Assembly (NCBI GenBank): GCA_041671745.1
Contig: JBAZBC010000018.1
Span: 31,905 to 95,904 of the forward strand
Direction of reading: 5' to 3'
Source: Opitutaceae bacterium
GTDB taxonomy: Bacteria > Verrucomicrobiota > Verrucomicrobiia > Opitutales > Opitutaceae
DNA: 64,000 nucleotides
Shown: positions 9,455 to 17,410 of the stretch, piece by piece
Layout: the number at the start of each line of letters is the position of its first letter
How positions within the stretch are numbered: the stretch's first letter is position 1
Program-made: the position numbers and the translations under genes
Notes under the pieces: model-generated
Databases searched by the model: none
Seen by the model: only the letters and a program-made list of their open reading frames with translations
What the model was told of the DNA's origin: nothing

Positions 9455-10468
9455 ATGAATACTTCCACTCGTGTTATGTTTCCCGTTCCCGGCAAGGCCG
9501 AGCTGCAGAGCTTTCCCATGCCCGTGATCGGCATCCCCACCGATATTCTGATCGAAACGGAATACAGCATCGTCAGCGCAGGAACGGAGCTGGCCTGTCG
9601 CGCCGGCATCGAAAGCTGGGCGCCTCTGCCTTTCTGTCCTGGTTACGGCTCCGTCGGCAAAGTCATTGCCAAAGGTGATGATGCAAAAAATGTCCAAATC
9701 GGCCAGCGCATCCTTACTTTCGGCAAGCATGCCAAACATGCCCTTGTTGAACATGTCGCTGTTCCCGTGCCCGAGGGCCTGAATCCAGCCGAGGCAACCA
9801 TCGCCCGCATGGGGTCCGTCGCCATCACTTCGCTGCGCGCCTCCGACGCCGAACTGGGCGACTTCGTCGCGGTGATCGGACTCGGCGTTGTGGGCAATCT
9901 CGCGGCGCAGCTTTTTTCCCTCTCCGGTTGCGAAGTCATCGGCATCGACTTGTCCGCCGCGCGACGCGATCAGGCCAAGGCCTGCGGCATTGCGCACACC
10001 CTTGCGCCTGGAGGCGATCTTGTCGCCAAAATCACGGCTATCACGGGCGGGCGCATGTGCAACACGGTCGTGGAGGCGACGGGTCTTGCGGTCGTCGCCG
10101 TCGAGACGGCTCCGCTCCTCGTCGGCAAGCAGGGTGAAATTGTCCTGCTCGGCAGTCCCCGGGCACCGTTCCAGACCAATGTCACGCCCTTCCTGAACCA
10201 GCTCCATCTCTGCCGTCCCACCGTTGCGGTGAAGGGAGCCTTGGAGTGGCGCTACCCGGTTCGTGACGACGGCGAAGGTTTCTGCAAACACTCGATCGAG
10301 CGTAATGTCGGTCAGCTTCTGCGACTGCTTGCCCAAGGAAAACTCAAGGCCGCTCCGTTGATCACTCACCTCGCTTCGCCCGCCGACTGCCATGCCGTTT
10401 ACGAGGGCTTGGCGAACCAGAAGGATGTTTACACGGGAGTGGTGCTTGATTGGTCCAAAGTGGGCTGA
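9455..10468 (+). CDS. Medium-chain (zinc-binding-type) alcohol/sugar dehydrogenase
   Basis: GroES-like N-domain 'SIVSAGTE...PGYGSVG'; Rossmann 'VIGLGVVG'; 'VVEATG'. Confidence 0.8.
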   Translation: MNTSTRVMFPVPGKAELQSFPMPVIGIPTDILIETEYSIVSAGTELACRAGIESWAPLPFCPGYGSVGKVIAKGDDAKNVQIGQRILTFGKHAKHALVEHVAVPVPEGLNPAEATIARMGSVAITSLRASDAELGDFVAVIGLGVVGNLAAQLFSLSGCEVIGIDLSAARRDQAKACGIAHTLAPGGDLVAKITAITGGRMCNTVVEATGLAVVAVETAPLLVGKQGEIVLLGSPRAPFQTNVTPFLNQLHLCRPTVAVKGALEWRYPVRDDGEGFCKHSIERNVGQLLRLLAQGKLKAAPLITHLASPADCHAVYEGLANQKDVYTGVVLDWSKVG

Positions 10469-10579
10469 TTCATCACGGTTCATGGTTCCTGGGGAGCTTT
10501 TGCCGACACTGCGTTGATTGCGTTCCCGGGCCTGGCACGTTTGCGCGCAGGCCGGGTGTGAACCCGCTGGTATTCCTCA

Positions 10580-11365
10580 ATGAAATCACTGCCTTCGATT
10601 CCTTCCCTGGTCTGTTTTTGGGATTTTCAAGAACCGGCGGGTGCGCCGCGGGTAAGCCGCGGCGCCTGCGCTTATGCGTTGCGCGAAGCGGCGGGACCGG
10701 TCGCGCGAGTTGATGACGGGGTGTTCGGCCCGGCATCGGCGGAATTGAAGGCGGGACAGTGGTTCGAGATTCCACGCGCCGAATGTCCGGCGCTCGATCT
10801 TCATGGTCCCGAGGCGCAGGTCACGATCGTGGCTTGGTTGCGTCGTCATCGTAAGCGCGAGGTCCAGTGCGAGGCGGTCGCCGGCATGTGGAACGAGTCG
10901 CGCCGCCAGCGCCAATACGCGCTTTTTCTCGACCTGCGCATTCATCAGGCGGGGGATAACGTGGGTGGTCACGTCTCCGCGACGGGTGGCCCCACGCCCG
11001 GCTACCCGTGGTGCATGGACGCGGCGATCGGCGCGAGTTACCTGACCTATTTCGACTGGCACTGCGTCGCGTTTTCGTATGACGGGCAAACCGCCCGCGC
11101 CTACCTCGACGGCGAGTTGGACCATCGCGTGGGATTCAATCCCTACGCTTATTCCGGCGGTCTTTTTGACGCGGGACCGGCGGGTGCGGATTTCACCGTC
11201 GGCGCGGTGCATCGCGGTGGTGAGATGGGCAACTGGTTTTCCGGGAGGATTGGCGGGCTGGCGGTTTTTAACCGGGCTTTGTCAGACGCCGAGCAGCGCA
11301 CGCTTTGCTCGTTGTTGCCCGAGAGTCCCAAGCCCTCGCCTTCCAAGCCTCCTGTTTTGGTGTGA
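10580..11365 (+). CDS. LamG/concanavalin-A-like jelly-roll domain protein
   Basis: 'WHCVAFSYDGQTARAYLDG' and 'FSGRIGGLAVFNRALSDAE' are LamG hallmarks; no signal peptide evident. Confidence 0.75.
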   Translation: MKSLPSIPSLVCFWDFQEPAGAPRVSRGACAYALREAAGPVARVDDGVFGPASAELKAGQWFEIPRAECPALDLHGPEAQVTIVAWLRRHRKREVQCEAVAGMWNESRRQRQYALFLDLRIHQAGDNVGGHVSATGGPTPGYPWCMDAAIGASYLTYFDWHCVAFSYDGQTARAYLDGELDHRVGFNPYAYSGGLFDAGPAGADFTVGAVHRGGEMGNWFSGRIGGLAVFNRALSDAEQRTLCSLLPESPKPSPSKPPVLV

Positions 11366-11386
11366 GCAGGATGGTCCCGGAGTCGT

Positions 11387-12481
11387 TCAGGACTTTGGAG
11401 ATTTTGAGCGCTTTCGAGCTGCGGGAGATGGCGGGGCGGGTGACTGCTTGCGGAGTGTGAAGCCATCCACCCAATGCGGACGTATGAGCACTTCGCGGGG
11501 GACTGAGGGAAACCCGGTCTCCCCTCGGAGCAAGAGAGTGTGGAGAAGTTCGACCGCAGCCTCGCCCGAGGCATCGAGGTGTTGCGATAGACCGGCTGCA
11601 CCAACCGGTTCGCTGAAGTCACGATTAAGCAGGACGAGCCCGAGTTTTTCGGGCACCGAAAAGCCCGCGGCATTTAACCAGTGGAAAATATGTCCATGGT
11701 TGGTGATCACCGCGTCGGGTTTTCCCTTTCTGACCCAATCGAGCAGACTGTCCGGCTCCAGTATGGTGGGAAGGTGTGGTTGCAGAATGGTAAGTCCGGA
11801 ATCGGGCAAGAAATGCTCTTTGGAAATAGCTCCGAGCCATTCGTAGCGCAGCCGCTGCTCGGCGATCATGTGATTGATAAGTCCGATCCGACGATACCCT
11901 AGCTCACGTAGGCGGAGGCAGGCGATATGCATGGCTTGAAATGCATCACTGCCCACACGGTTGATCGGCAGCGACTGCGGCGGATGCCCGAGTCCCACGG
12001 CTGAATATCGGCTCCATTGGAGTTGCGCTATGAGTTCTTGGTTGAAGAGGGGCATCAATATCACGCCCCGGATGCCGCGGCTGTGCAGAAGCCGGTCCGG
12101 TTGGCGCTTTGACCCGAGGTCTCTCTGGAGGTGAATGATATCAAGATTATAACCGAAACGCGCTGAAGAGGCCTGCATGCCGGCGATAAAGCTGTTGAGC
12201 CACTGACTGTGGATCTTGGGATCCCAGCGGTCATCAAGCAGAGCGGCGATGTTGGCATAGGCGCGGTGCTTGCGATTCAGGTCACGACGCGCGACCAGTG
12301 CGGAGAGGATGGGGTCGGGTTTGTAGTGAAGGGACTTGGCCGCCTGCCGCACTTTTTCCTGGGTGGACGGGGTGATGCGCGGATCGTTTCGCAAGGCCAT
12401 CGAAACGGTGGCGGCCGTGACTCCGGCCACTTTGGCAATATCGGACTGAGTGGGGGAGCGCACAGGTTGATGCGTTTTCAT
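11387..12481 (-). CDS. LacI family transcriptional regulator
   Basis: 'TQSDIAKVAGVTAATVSMALRN' HTH; 'PDPILSAL' hinge; divergent from GH10. Confidence 0.9.
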   Translation of the reverse strand: MKTHQPVRSPTQSDIAKVAGVTAATVSMALRNDPRITPSTQEKVRQAAKSLHYKPDPILSALVARRDLNRKHRAYANIAALLDDRWDPKIHSQWLNSFIAGMQASSARFGYNLDIIHLQRDLGSKRQPDRLLHSRGIRGVILMPLFNQELIAQLQWSRYSAVGLGHPPQSLPINRVGSDAFQAMHIACLRLRELGYRRIGLINHMIAEQRLRYEWLGAISKEHFLPDSGLTILQPHLPTILEPDSLLDWVRKGKPDAVITNHGHIFHWLNAAGFSVPEKLGLVLLNRDFSEPVGAAGLSQHLDASGEAAVELLHTLLLRGETGFPSVPREVLIRPHWVDGFTLRKQSPAPPSPAARKRSKSPKS

Positions 12482-12497
12482 TTAATAGATTAAATGA
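12478..12497. promoter_or_regulatory. TCATTTAA-N4-TTAAATGA perfect inverted repeat overlapping the LacI start codon (candidate operator)
   Basis: 8-bp perfect arms with TAGA spacer; the CAT at 12479-12481 is the regulator's start codon. Confidence 0.5.
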
Positions 12498-12591
12498 GCG
12501 ATCCGTTGTGAGGCGGCAAGCCTCTGTGTCTGATCCCCTCAACCCCACAGCCCCGTTCACCGACCGGTAAGTCCCCTATCGTTTCTCGCTC

Positions 12592-13992
12592 ATGAGCCAG
12601 ACCTCTTCCACCTCCCAACATTTGCTCGCGCATTTTCTCAGGCGCGATCCACAGATCGAGTCGCGCATCGCGGCGGGAATTGAGACCCACCGGAAGGGGG
12701 ATGGTCGTCTGCGGTTTGTGGACGATACAGGCTCCCCGGTGTCCAACGTGCGGGTGAGCGTGCGGCAGATGCGCCATGATTTCCTGTTTGGAGCGAATAT
12801 TTTCCAACTCGGAGGTTTTGCCACGGGCCAGAAGAACCAAAGCTATGAGCAGGCGTTCTTGGAGTTGTTTAACACGGCGGTCGTGCCCTTTTACTGGTCC
12901 GATCTCGAGCCCGAGCAAGGCAAGCTGCGTTTTGATGCCGACAGTCCGCCGATCCACCGCCGGCCGCCTCCTGATTTTGTGCTCGATTTTTGCGACCGGC
13001 ATCAACTGGTGCCCAAAGGACATTGCCTGACCTGGCACCAGTGGCTGCCGACCTGGCTGAGTAATTCCCCGTCCGAGACGGATGCAGTGATGCGTGAGCG
13101 CATACGTTTGATCGGCGCGCGCTACGGCCATCGGATTTCGATTTGGGATGTCGTGAACGAGCCGATGGAGAAATACCTTTTTCCCAAGGTGAAGGTGTTT
13201 GCCGATGACTATGCTGAGGCTTCACTGGAAGAGACCGCCAAAGCCTTCCCGGAGGACACATCCCTGTTCGTCAACGAGGCCACCACGTTCTCCTGGCGCG
13301 AGTTTCAAGACGACACCACCGGCTTTCATCTGTTCCTCGAAAATCTCCGCCTGAAAGGCTGCAAGATCGATGGCATCGGCCTGCAGTATCATCTCTTTTT
13401 CTACAATGAGAACGGCCTGACCACGACGGTCGCGGACTTGGTGAAGAATCGTGATTTGTATCTGGACCCGGCCCGTCTGCTCGCGGTGCTGGATTTATAC
13501 GGCAAGCACGGGCTGCCGGTCCATATCTCCGAAATCACGCTGCCAACCTATCCTGATCTGGCCGACGCTGAACAGTTCCAAGCCGATTTGTTGCGCGAGC
13601 TTTACCGTCTTTGGTTCAGTCATCCCTCCGTGGAGGCCATCTACTGGTGGAATCTCAACGATGGAAATGCCAACGCCGAAGAGGGGAAGCTGCGTGGTGG
13701 TTTGCTGGATACACATCTGAACAAAAAGCCGTCCTACGAAACCCTGAACCGTTTGGTCCACGAGGAATGGACGACCGCATTCCAGCTGAACACGGACGCG
13801 GAGTGCAGCTTCCGAGGCTTTTACGGCGATTATGAAGTCGTCACCGAGTATGCCGGCCAGCGGATCGTGCATCAGGTCGGCCTGCATCGCGGGGCAGGGA
13901 ACGAATTTTGTCTGTCCGTCTCGCCCGCTCCCGAATGGGCCGCGTCACACGAATCCCCCAATACCCACACTACCCATGTCTCACTTAAATAA
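12592..13992 (+). CDS. GH10 endo-1,4-beta-xylanase-like hydrolase (no signal peptide)
   Basis: 'KGHCLTW', 'WDVVNEP' (acid/base Glu), 'DGIGLQYH', 'HISE' (nucleophile Glu). Confidence 0.85.
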   Translation: MSQTSSTSQHLLAHFLRRDPQIESRIAAGIETHRKGDGRLRFVDDTGSPVSNVRVSVRQMRHDFLFGANIFQLGGFATGQKNQSYEQAFLELFNTAVVPFYWSDLEPEQGKLRFDADSPPIHRRPPPDFVLDFCDRHQLVPKGHCLTWHQWLPTWLSNSPSETDAVMRERIRLIGARYGHRISIWDVVNEPMEKYLFPKVKVFADDYAEASLEETAKAFPEDTSLFVNEATTFSWREFQDDTTGFHLFLENLRLKGCKIDGIGLQYHLFFYNENGLTTTVADLVKNRDLYLDPARLLAVLDLYGKHGLPVHISEITLPTYPDLADAEQFQADLLRELYRLWFSHPSVEAIYWWNLNDGNANAEEGKLRGGLLDTHLNKKPSYETLNRLVHEEWTTAFQLNTDAECSFRGFYGDYEVVTEYAGQRIVHQVGLHRGAGNEFCLSVSPAPEWAASHESPNTHTTHVSLK

Positions 13993-14893
13993 GATCCTCC
14001 GCCGGGCGCTGCTGCCCGTTTTGACCGCGCTCTCGGTTTCCGCCGCTCACGCGTTTACAATCGATTTTAACACCGGCTACACGGACGGGGCCACCGTCAA
14101 CGCGGTCGATGATCCCAACGTAGTGGGGACGAGCACTTGGGCGACCGCGTTCCTGGCCGGGTCCACTGAGCCCAGTGCCTCTAGTGTTAATCCTGCCGGC
14201 GGCACGGGCCTTGCGATGCGCATAAGCTCCACCACGTCTTCTACCACCTCTGACAGAGCAGCGATAAATCTCGGGGCGGCGGGCGGCCCTGTGGCCACGA
14301 ACGAGATTGTCTTCACGGATCCAACCAAACTGGTTCAAGTGAAATTCGATCTCTCGTTGGCGTCGGGCTTCTCGGGAACCGGTGGAACCAATATCACCTA
14401 TGTTCGTATAGGGAGTGGATTCAATATGTTCAATTCTGGTAATTGGTTTGGCATCGGACTGGATACCGCCGGTCGTTTTGTTATCTCTACAAAGGCCGCG
14501 AGCACCGACACGGGCGCTGTATCGCGCTATGTGGCCAGCGCTTATAGCGCCTTTAACGCGGCCAACTCCGACTATGTGGATTTTGGCAGTTACGGTAGCT
14601 ATGTAACGGTCGACCTTAAATTCGATCCGGTTGCCAAAACCTACACCAGTCTCACGATCGGCGGTCAGGATCTTACCTCTTACGTGGGCGGTTGGTTTCT
14701 ACCTACCAACGGCACCGCCACTCCGACCTCTGAACTTGGCATCATGATGAATGCCGGCATTACCGCGACATTCGATATCGACAACATTGTTATACAAAAT
14801 GTCTCGAGCGTTCCCGAGCCGTCCACCTATGCCGCCCTGGTCGGCGTTGCCGCGCTCGGTTTTGTTATCGTTCGGCGCCGTTCCCGCCTTTGA
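13976..14893 (+). CDS. PEP-CTERM surface protein 1
   Basis: Signal peptide MSHLNKILRRALLPVLTALSVSAAHA; C-terminal VPEPSTYAALVGVAALGFVIVRRRSRL. Start moved to ATG 13976 by similarity with the next gene. Confidence 0.92.
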   Translation: MSHLNKILRRALLPVLTALSVSAAHAFTIDFNTGYTDGATVNAVDDPNVVGTSTWATAFLAGSTEPSASSVNPAGGTGLAMRISSTTSSTTSDRAAINLGAAGGPVATNEIVFTDPTKLVQVKFDLSLASGFSGTGGTNITYVRIGSGFNMFNSGNWFGIGLDTAGRFVISTKAASTDTGAVSRYVASAYSAFNAANSDYVDFGSYGSYVTVDLKFDPVAKTYTSLTIGGQDLTSYVGGWFLPTNGTATPTSELGIMMNAGITATFDIDNIVIQNVSSVPEPSTYAALVGVAALGFVIVRRRSRL

Positions 14894-14953
14894 TTCCTTA
14901 ACCCCCGGGCGACCCGGCGGCGTCACACGAAATTCCCCATACCCTATACTACC

Positions 14954-15811
14954 ATGCTCCATTTCAATCAGGTACTCCGGCGAGCGCTGCTGCCCGTTTT
15001 GACCGTGCTCGCCGGTTCCTCCGTTTACGCCCAATACGCCACTGGATTTGAGACCCCGACTTTTACGGCTGGCTCTACCATCAGCGGACTCGATGGCTGG
15101 GCCACCAGCTTTGGCGTGGCCGGCACCAAGCTGGTGTCCACCGCCAACCCTTATTCGGGAAGTCAGCACCTGCGTCTTACCGACAGCACAACCGGGGCTG
15201 AATCCATCATTAAGAACGTAGGGGCAATTAACGTTACCCAACCGTTCACCGTCAGTTTCGCTTTCGCAGTGAGCAACGTTAGCGATGGAACGGGTGCCCA
15301 GGCCCAGATCTTGTTTGGCACCGCCAACAGCACCGTTGGCAGCAATCCTTACTGGTTTAATGTGTTCTATGATGATTCGTCGGCGGACACATTGGCCAAT
15401 GGATCTCTATTTATCGGAACCAACTCCGCAAGCGGGCTTAGCGTTTCAAACATCAACTTGGGAGCGTTCACTACCTACGCCCCCATTGGTTCATATGTGA
15501 GTTTTTCCATTACAATCGATCCGACGACTTTTAAGTATACTTCGGTTACCATCACGGGTGCCACTTCCGGTTTGGTTGATAAAACTTCCGTGGTGCAGAC
15601 CGGTGGAAGTCTCGGAACCGTTCCCCACTTATCGACTGCAGCCTCGTCAGTCCCGACCGATTTTACGGTTCTCACGGGCGGGAGCGATACGCTAACGCTT
15701 GATTTTGATGCGGTTAGCTTCAGTCAAGTGCCCGAGCCGTCCACCTATGCCGCCCTAGCCGGGATAGTCTCGCTCGGTTTTGTTATCCGCCGTCGCCGTT
15801 GCCGTCGTTGA
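14954..15811 (+). CDS. PEP-CTERM surface protein 2
   Basis: Signal peptide MLHFNQVLRRALLPVLTVLAGSSVYA; C-terminal VPEPSTYAALAGIVSLGFVIRRRRCRR. Confidence 0.92.
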   Translation: MLHFNQVLRRALLPVLTVLAGSSVYAQYATGFETPTFTAGSTISGLDGWATSFGVAGTKLVSTANPYSGSQHLRLTDSTTGAESIIKNVGAINVTQPFTVSFAFAVSNVSDGTGAQAQILFGTANSTVGSNPYWFNVFYDDSSADTLANGSLFIGTNSASGLSVSNINLGAFTTYAPIGSYVSFSITIDPTTFKYTSVTITGATSGLVDKTSVVQTGGSLGTVPHLSTAASSVPTDFTVLTGGSDTLTLDFDAVSFSQVPEPSTYAALAGIVSLGFVIRRRRCRR

Positions 15812-15823
15812 TTCTTTGATAGG

Positions 15824-15847
15824 CAGCTCGCGGCCGCTCGCGAGCTG
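15824..15847. other. GC-rich hairpin between PEP-CTERM 2 and the prepilin-like gene
   Basis: CAGCTCGCG-gccgct-CGCGAGCTG, 9-bp perfect stem; no U-tract, so not called a terminator. Confidence 0.35.
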
Positions 15848-15908
15848 TGTCTCCCAAAGCCGTGCGTGCAGCACGGCGCTCCCACCCCTCTTGTCCGTGT
15901 TTACCCCA

Positions 15909-16571
15909 ATGAAAAAGACATCGGCCTTCACCCTTGTAGAATTACTCACCGTCATCGCCATCATCGGCATTCTGGCGGCCATATTGATTCCTGTCGTTTC
16001 CTCTGTGCGCAGCCGGGCTCGCGCGACCACGTGTTCTTCGAACATGAGACAGGTGGGCACGGCCATGTTGCTCTACAGCCAGGAGACCAAGCCACGCCAC
16101 TTCCCCTACGCCTACCTCCAGGAATTGCCGGGCGGGGGGATTGCACAGCCGTGGGCGTTTACACTCGCGCCTTATCTGGGCCTCGAAAATGCGATTGGTT
16201 GGAATCCGAAGTCCAGTGTGGCCGGTGTCCTCACGTGTCCTGAATGGACGTATGATTCCGCCGTCCGCACTTCGGCCTACGCTTATAATCCCAACATCTC
16301 TCCCAAGAACGGGTCGATCTACGGCAAGCCGATCTGGAATTACAGCGCCTTTATCGAGCGGCCCGCACGCCTGTTTCTCCTGGTGGAGATCGATATGCAG
16401 GCGGAGTTCTATTATCCGTCCATGAATGGCTACGACGTGAAGCGCCGGCATCCGAACAAGGGCGCGAATTTTGTTTTTGCCGACGGGCATGTGGAGACGG
16501 TCAACACCGCCGTTCCCTACGATCTTACCGGTGCAACCGGCGACCCGCGCTGGATCTATTTACTCAACTAA
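15909..16571 (+). CDS. Prepilin-type N-terminal cleavage/methylation domain protein (H-X9-DG/DUF1559-like)
   Basis: MKKTSAFTLVELLTVIAIIGILAAILIPVV type IV pilin leader; 'CSSNMRQVG'; C-terminal 'RHPNKGANFVFADGHVE'. Start set at ATG 15909. Confidence 0.9.
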   Translation: MKKTSAFTLVELLTVIAIIGILAAILIPVVSSVRSRARATTCSSNMRQVGTAMLLYSQETKPRHFPYAYLQELPGGGIAQPWAFTLAPYLGLENAIGWNPKSSVAGVLTCPEWTYDSAVRTSAYAYNPNISPKNGSIYGKPIWNYSAFIERPARLFLLVEIDMQAEFYYPSMNGYDVKRRHPNKGANFVFADGHVETVNTAVPYDLTGATGDPRWIYLLN

Positions 16572-16582
16572 CCGATTATCCC

Positions 16583-17215
16583 ATGCTCCCATCACCTTAT
16601 AATTCCTTCCGTATCGCGGCCCTTGCCTCCCTCTTGATGGTTGGTGCGCTCGCTCCTTCCTACGGACAAACTGCGCAGGCCCGTATCGACATCAGTAGCA
16701 CCGCGTCCGATCCGATTGATCTTATCATCGAGGAGGTCGGCAACGATGGGCGGGCCGATTTTGTTGCCGGAAACCGGCGAACGATCGTGGCGCATTTTCC
16801 CGCCACGACAACCTGGCAGGAGGGGTCGATCACCGTGAGTTCTGAAAAAGCCGGTCGTATCGTCCTTTTGCCGACGGGACCTTGGGTGCAGCTGAATGCG
16901 GAGACCAAATTGATGAACCCCGTGTTCATCGAATACGACAACTTCCAAGTGACGAGAACGTTGTTGGAAAACGGTAGCTTTGAGGAGGTCGGAACTCTGG
17001 ATCAGCCGAAGAACTGGTATAAATCGGATGTTCCCAAGAGCAATCCACCGCTGACTCCAGAAACCAGTGCGCGGGTCATCACGAAAGATGCGCCCGATGG
17101 TAAAAATTATATCCGGGTCTGGCACAATTCGCGGCTGGGCCAGACGGTTGTTATCGATGCCAAGGCGCCGGTGAAAATTACTTTCAGCTATCGCTTGGCG
17201 ACTACGGTACCTTAA
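16583..17215 (+). CDS. Secreted hypothetical protein with CBM4/9-like 'NGSFE' segment
   Basis: Signal-peptide-like N-terminus; 'LLENGSFEEVG....KNW' resembles the start of galactose-binding-like CBM folds; 11 bp after the prepilin gene. Confidence 0.55.
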   Translation: MLPSPYNSFRIAALASLLMVGALAPSYGQTAQARIDISSTASDPIDLIIEEVGNDGRADFVAGNRRTIVAHFPATTTWQEGSITVSSEKAGRIVLLPTGPWVQLNAETKLMNPVFIEYDNFQVTRTLLENGSFEEVGTLDQPKNWYKSDVPKSNPPLTPETSARVITKDAPDGKNYIRVWHNSRLGQTVVIDAKAPVKITFSYRLATTVP

Positions 17216-17410
17216 CGAAACAGTCCGCGGGGAGGTCCTCTTGGACGTGCACAGGCGGCCTCAATTCCGCAGACCTCCGCTCAATCCATTGCGCAGTCGA
17301 ACCGGAGCGGATGTGCAGGCTTTCGCAACCGGTCCATGTGCGGTCGTTCAGGTTGAACTCGAACGGGCGTTTTTCCGCGCCCATCCCGACTTGCCTCCTT
17401 TCTTTTCCCT

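Noticed and set aside
9014-10483. 489-aa minus-strand ORF
   Set aside because: Antisense shadow of the isomerase and MDR genes, which have clear family motifs.
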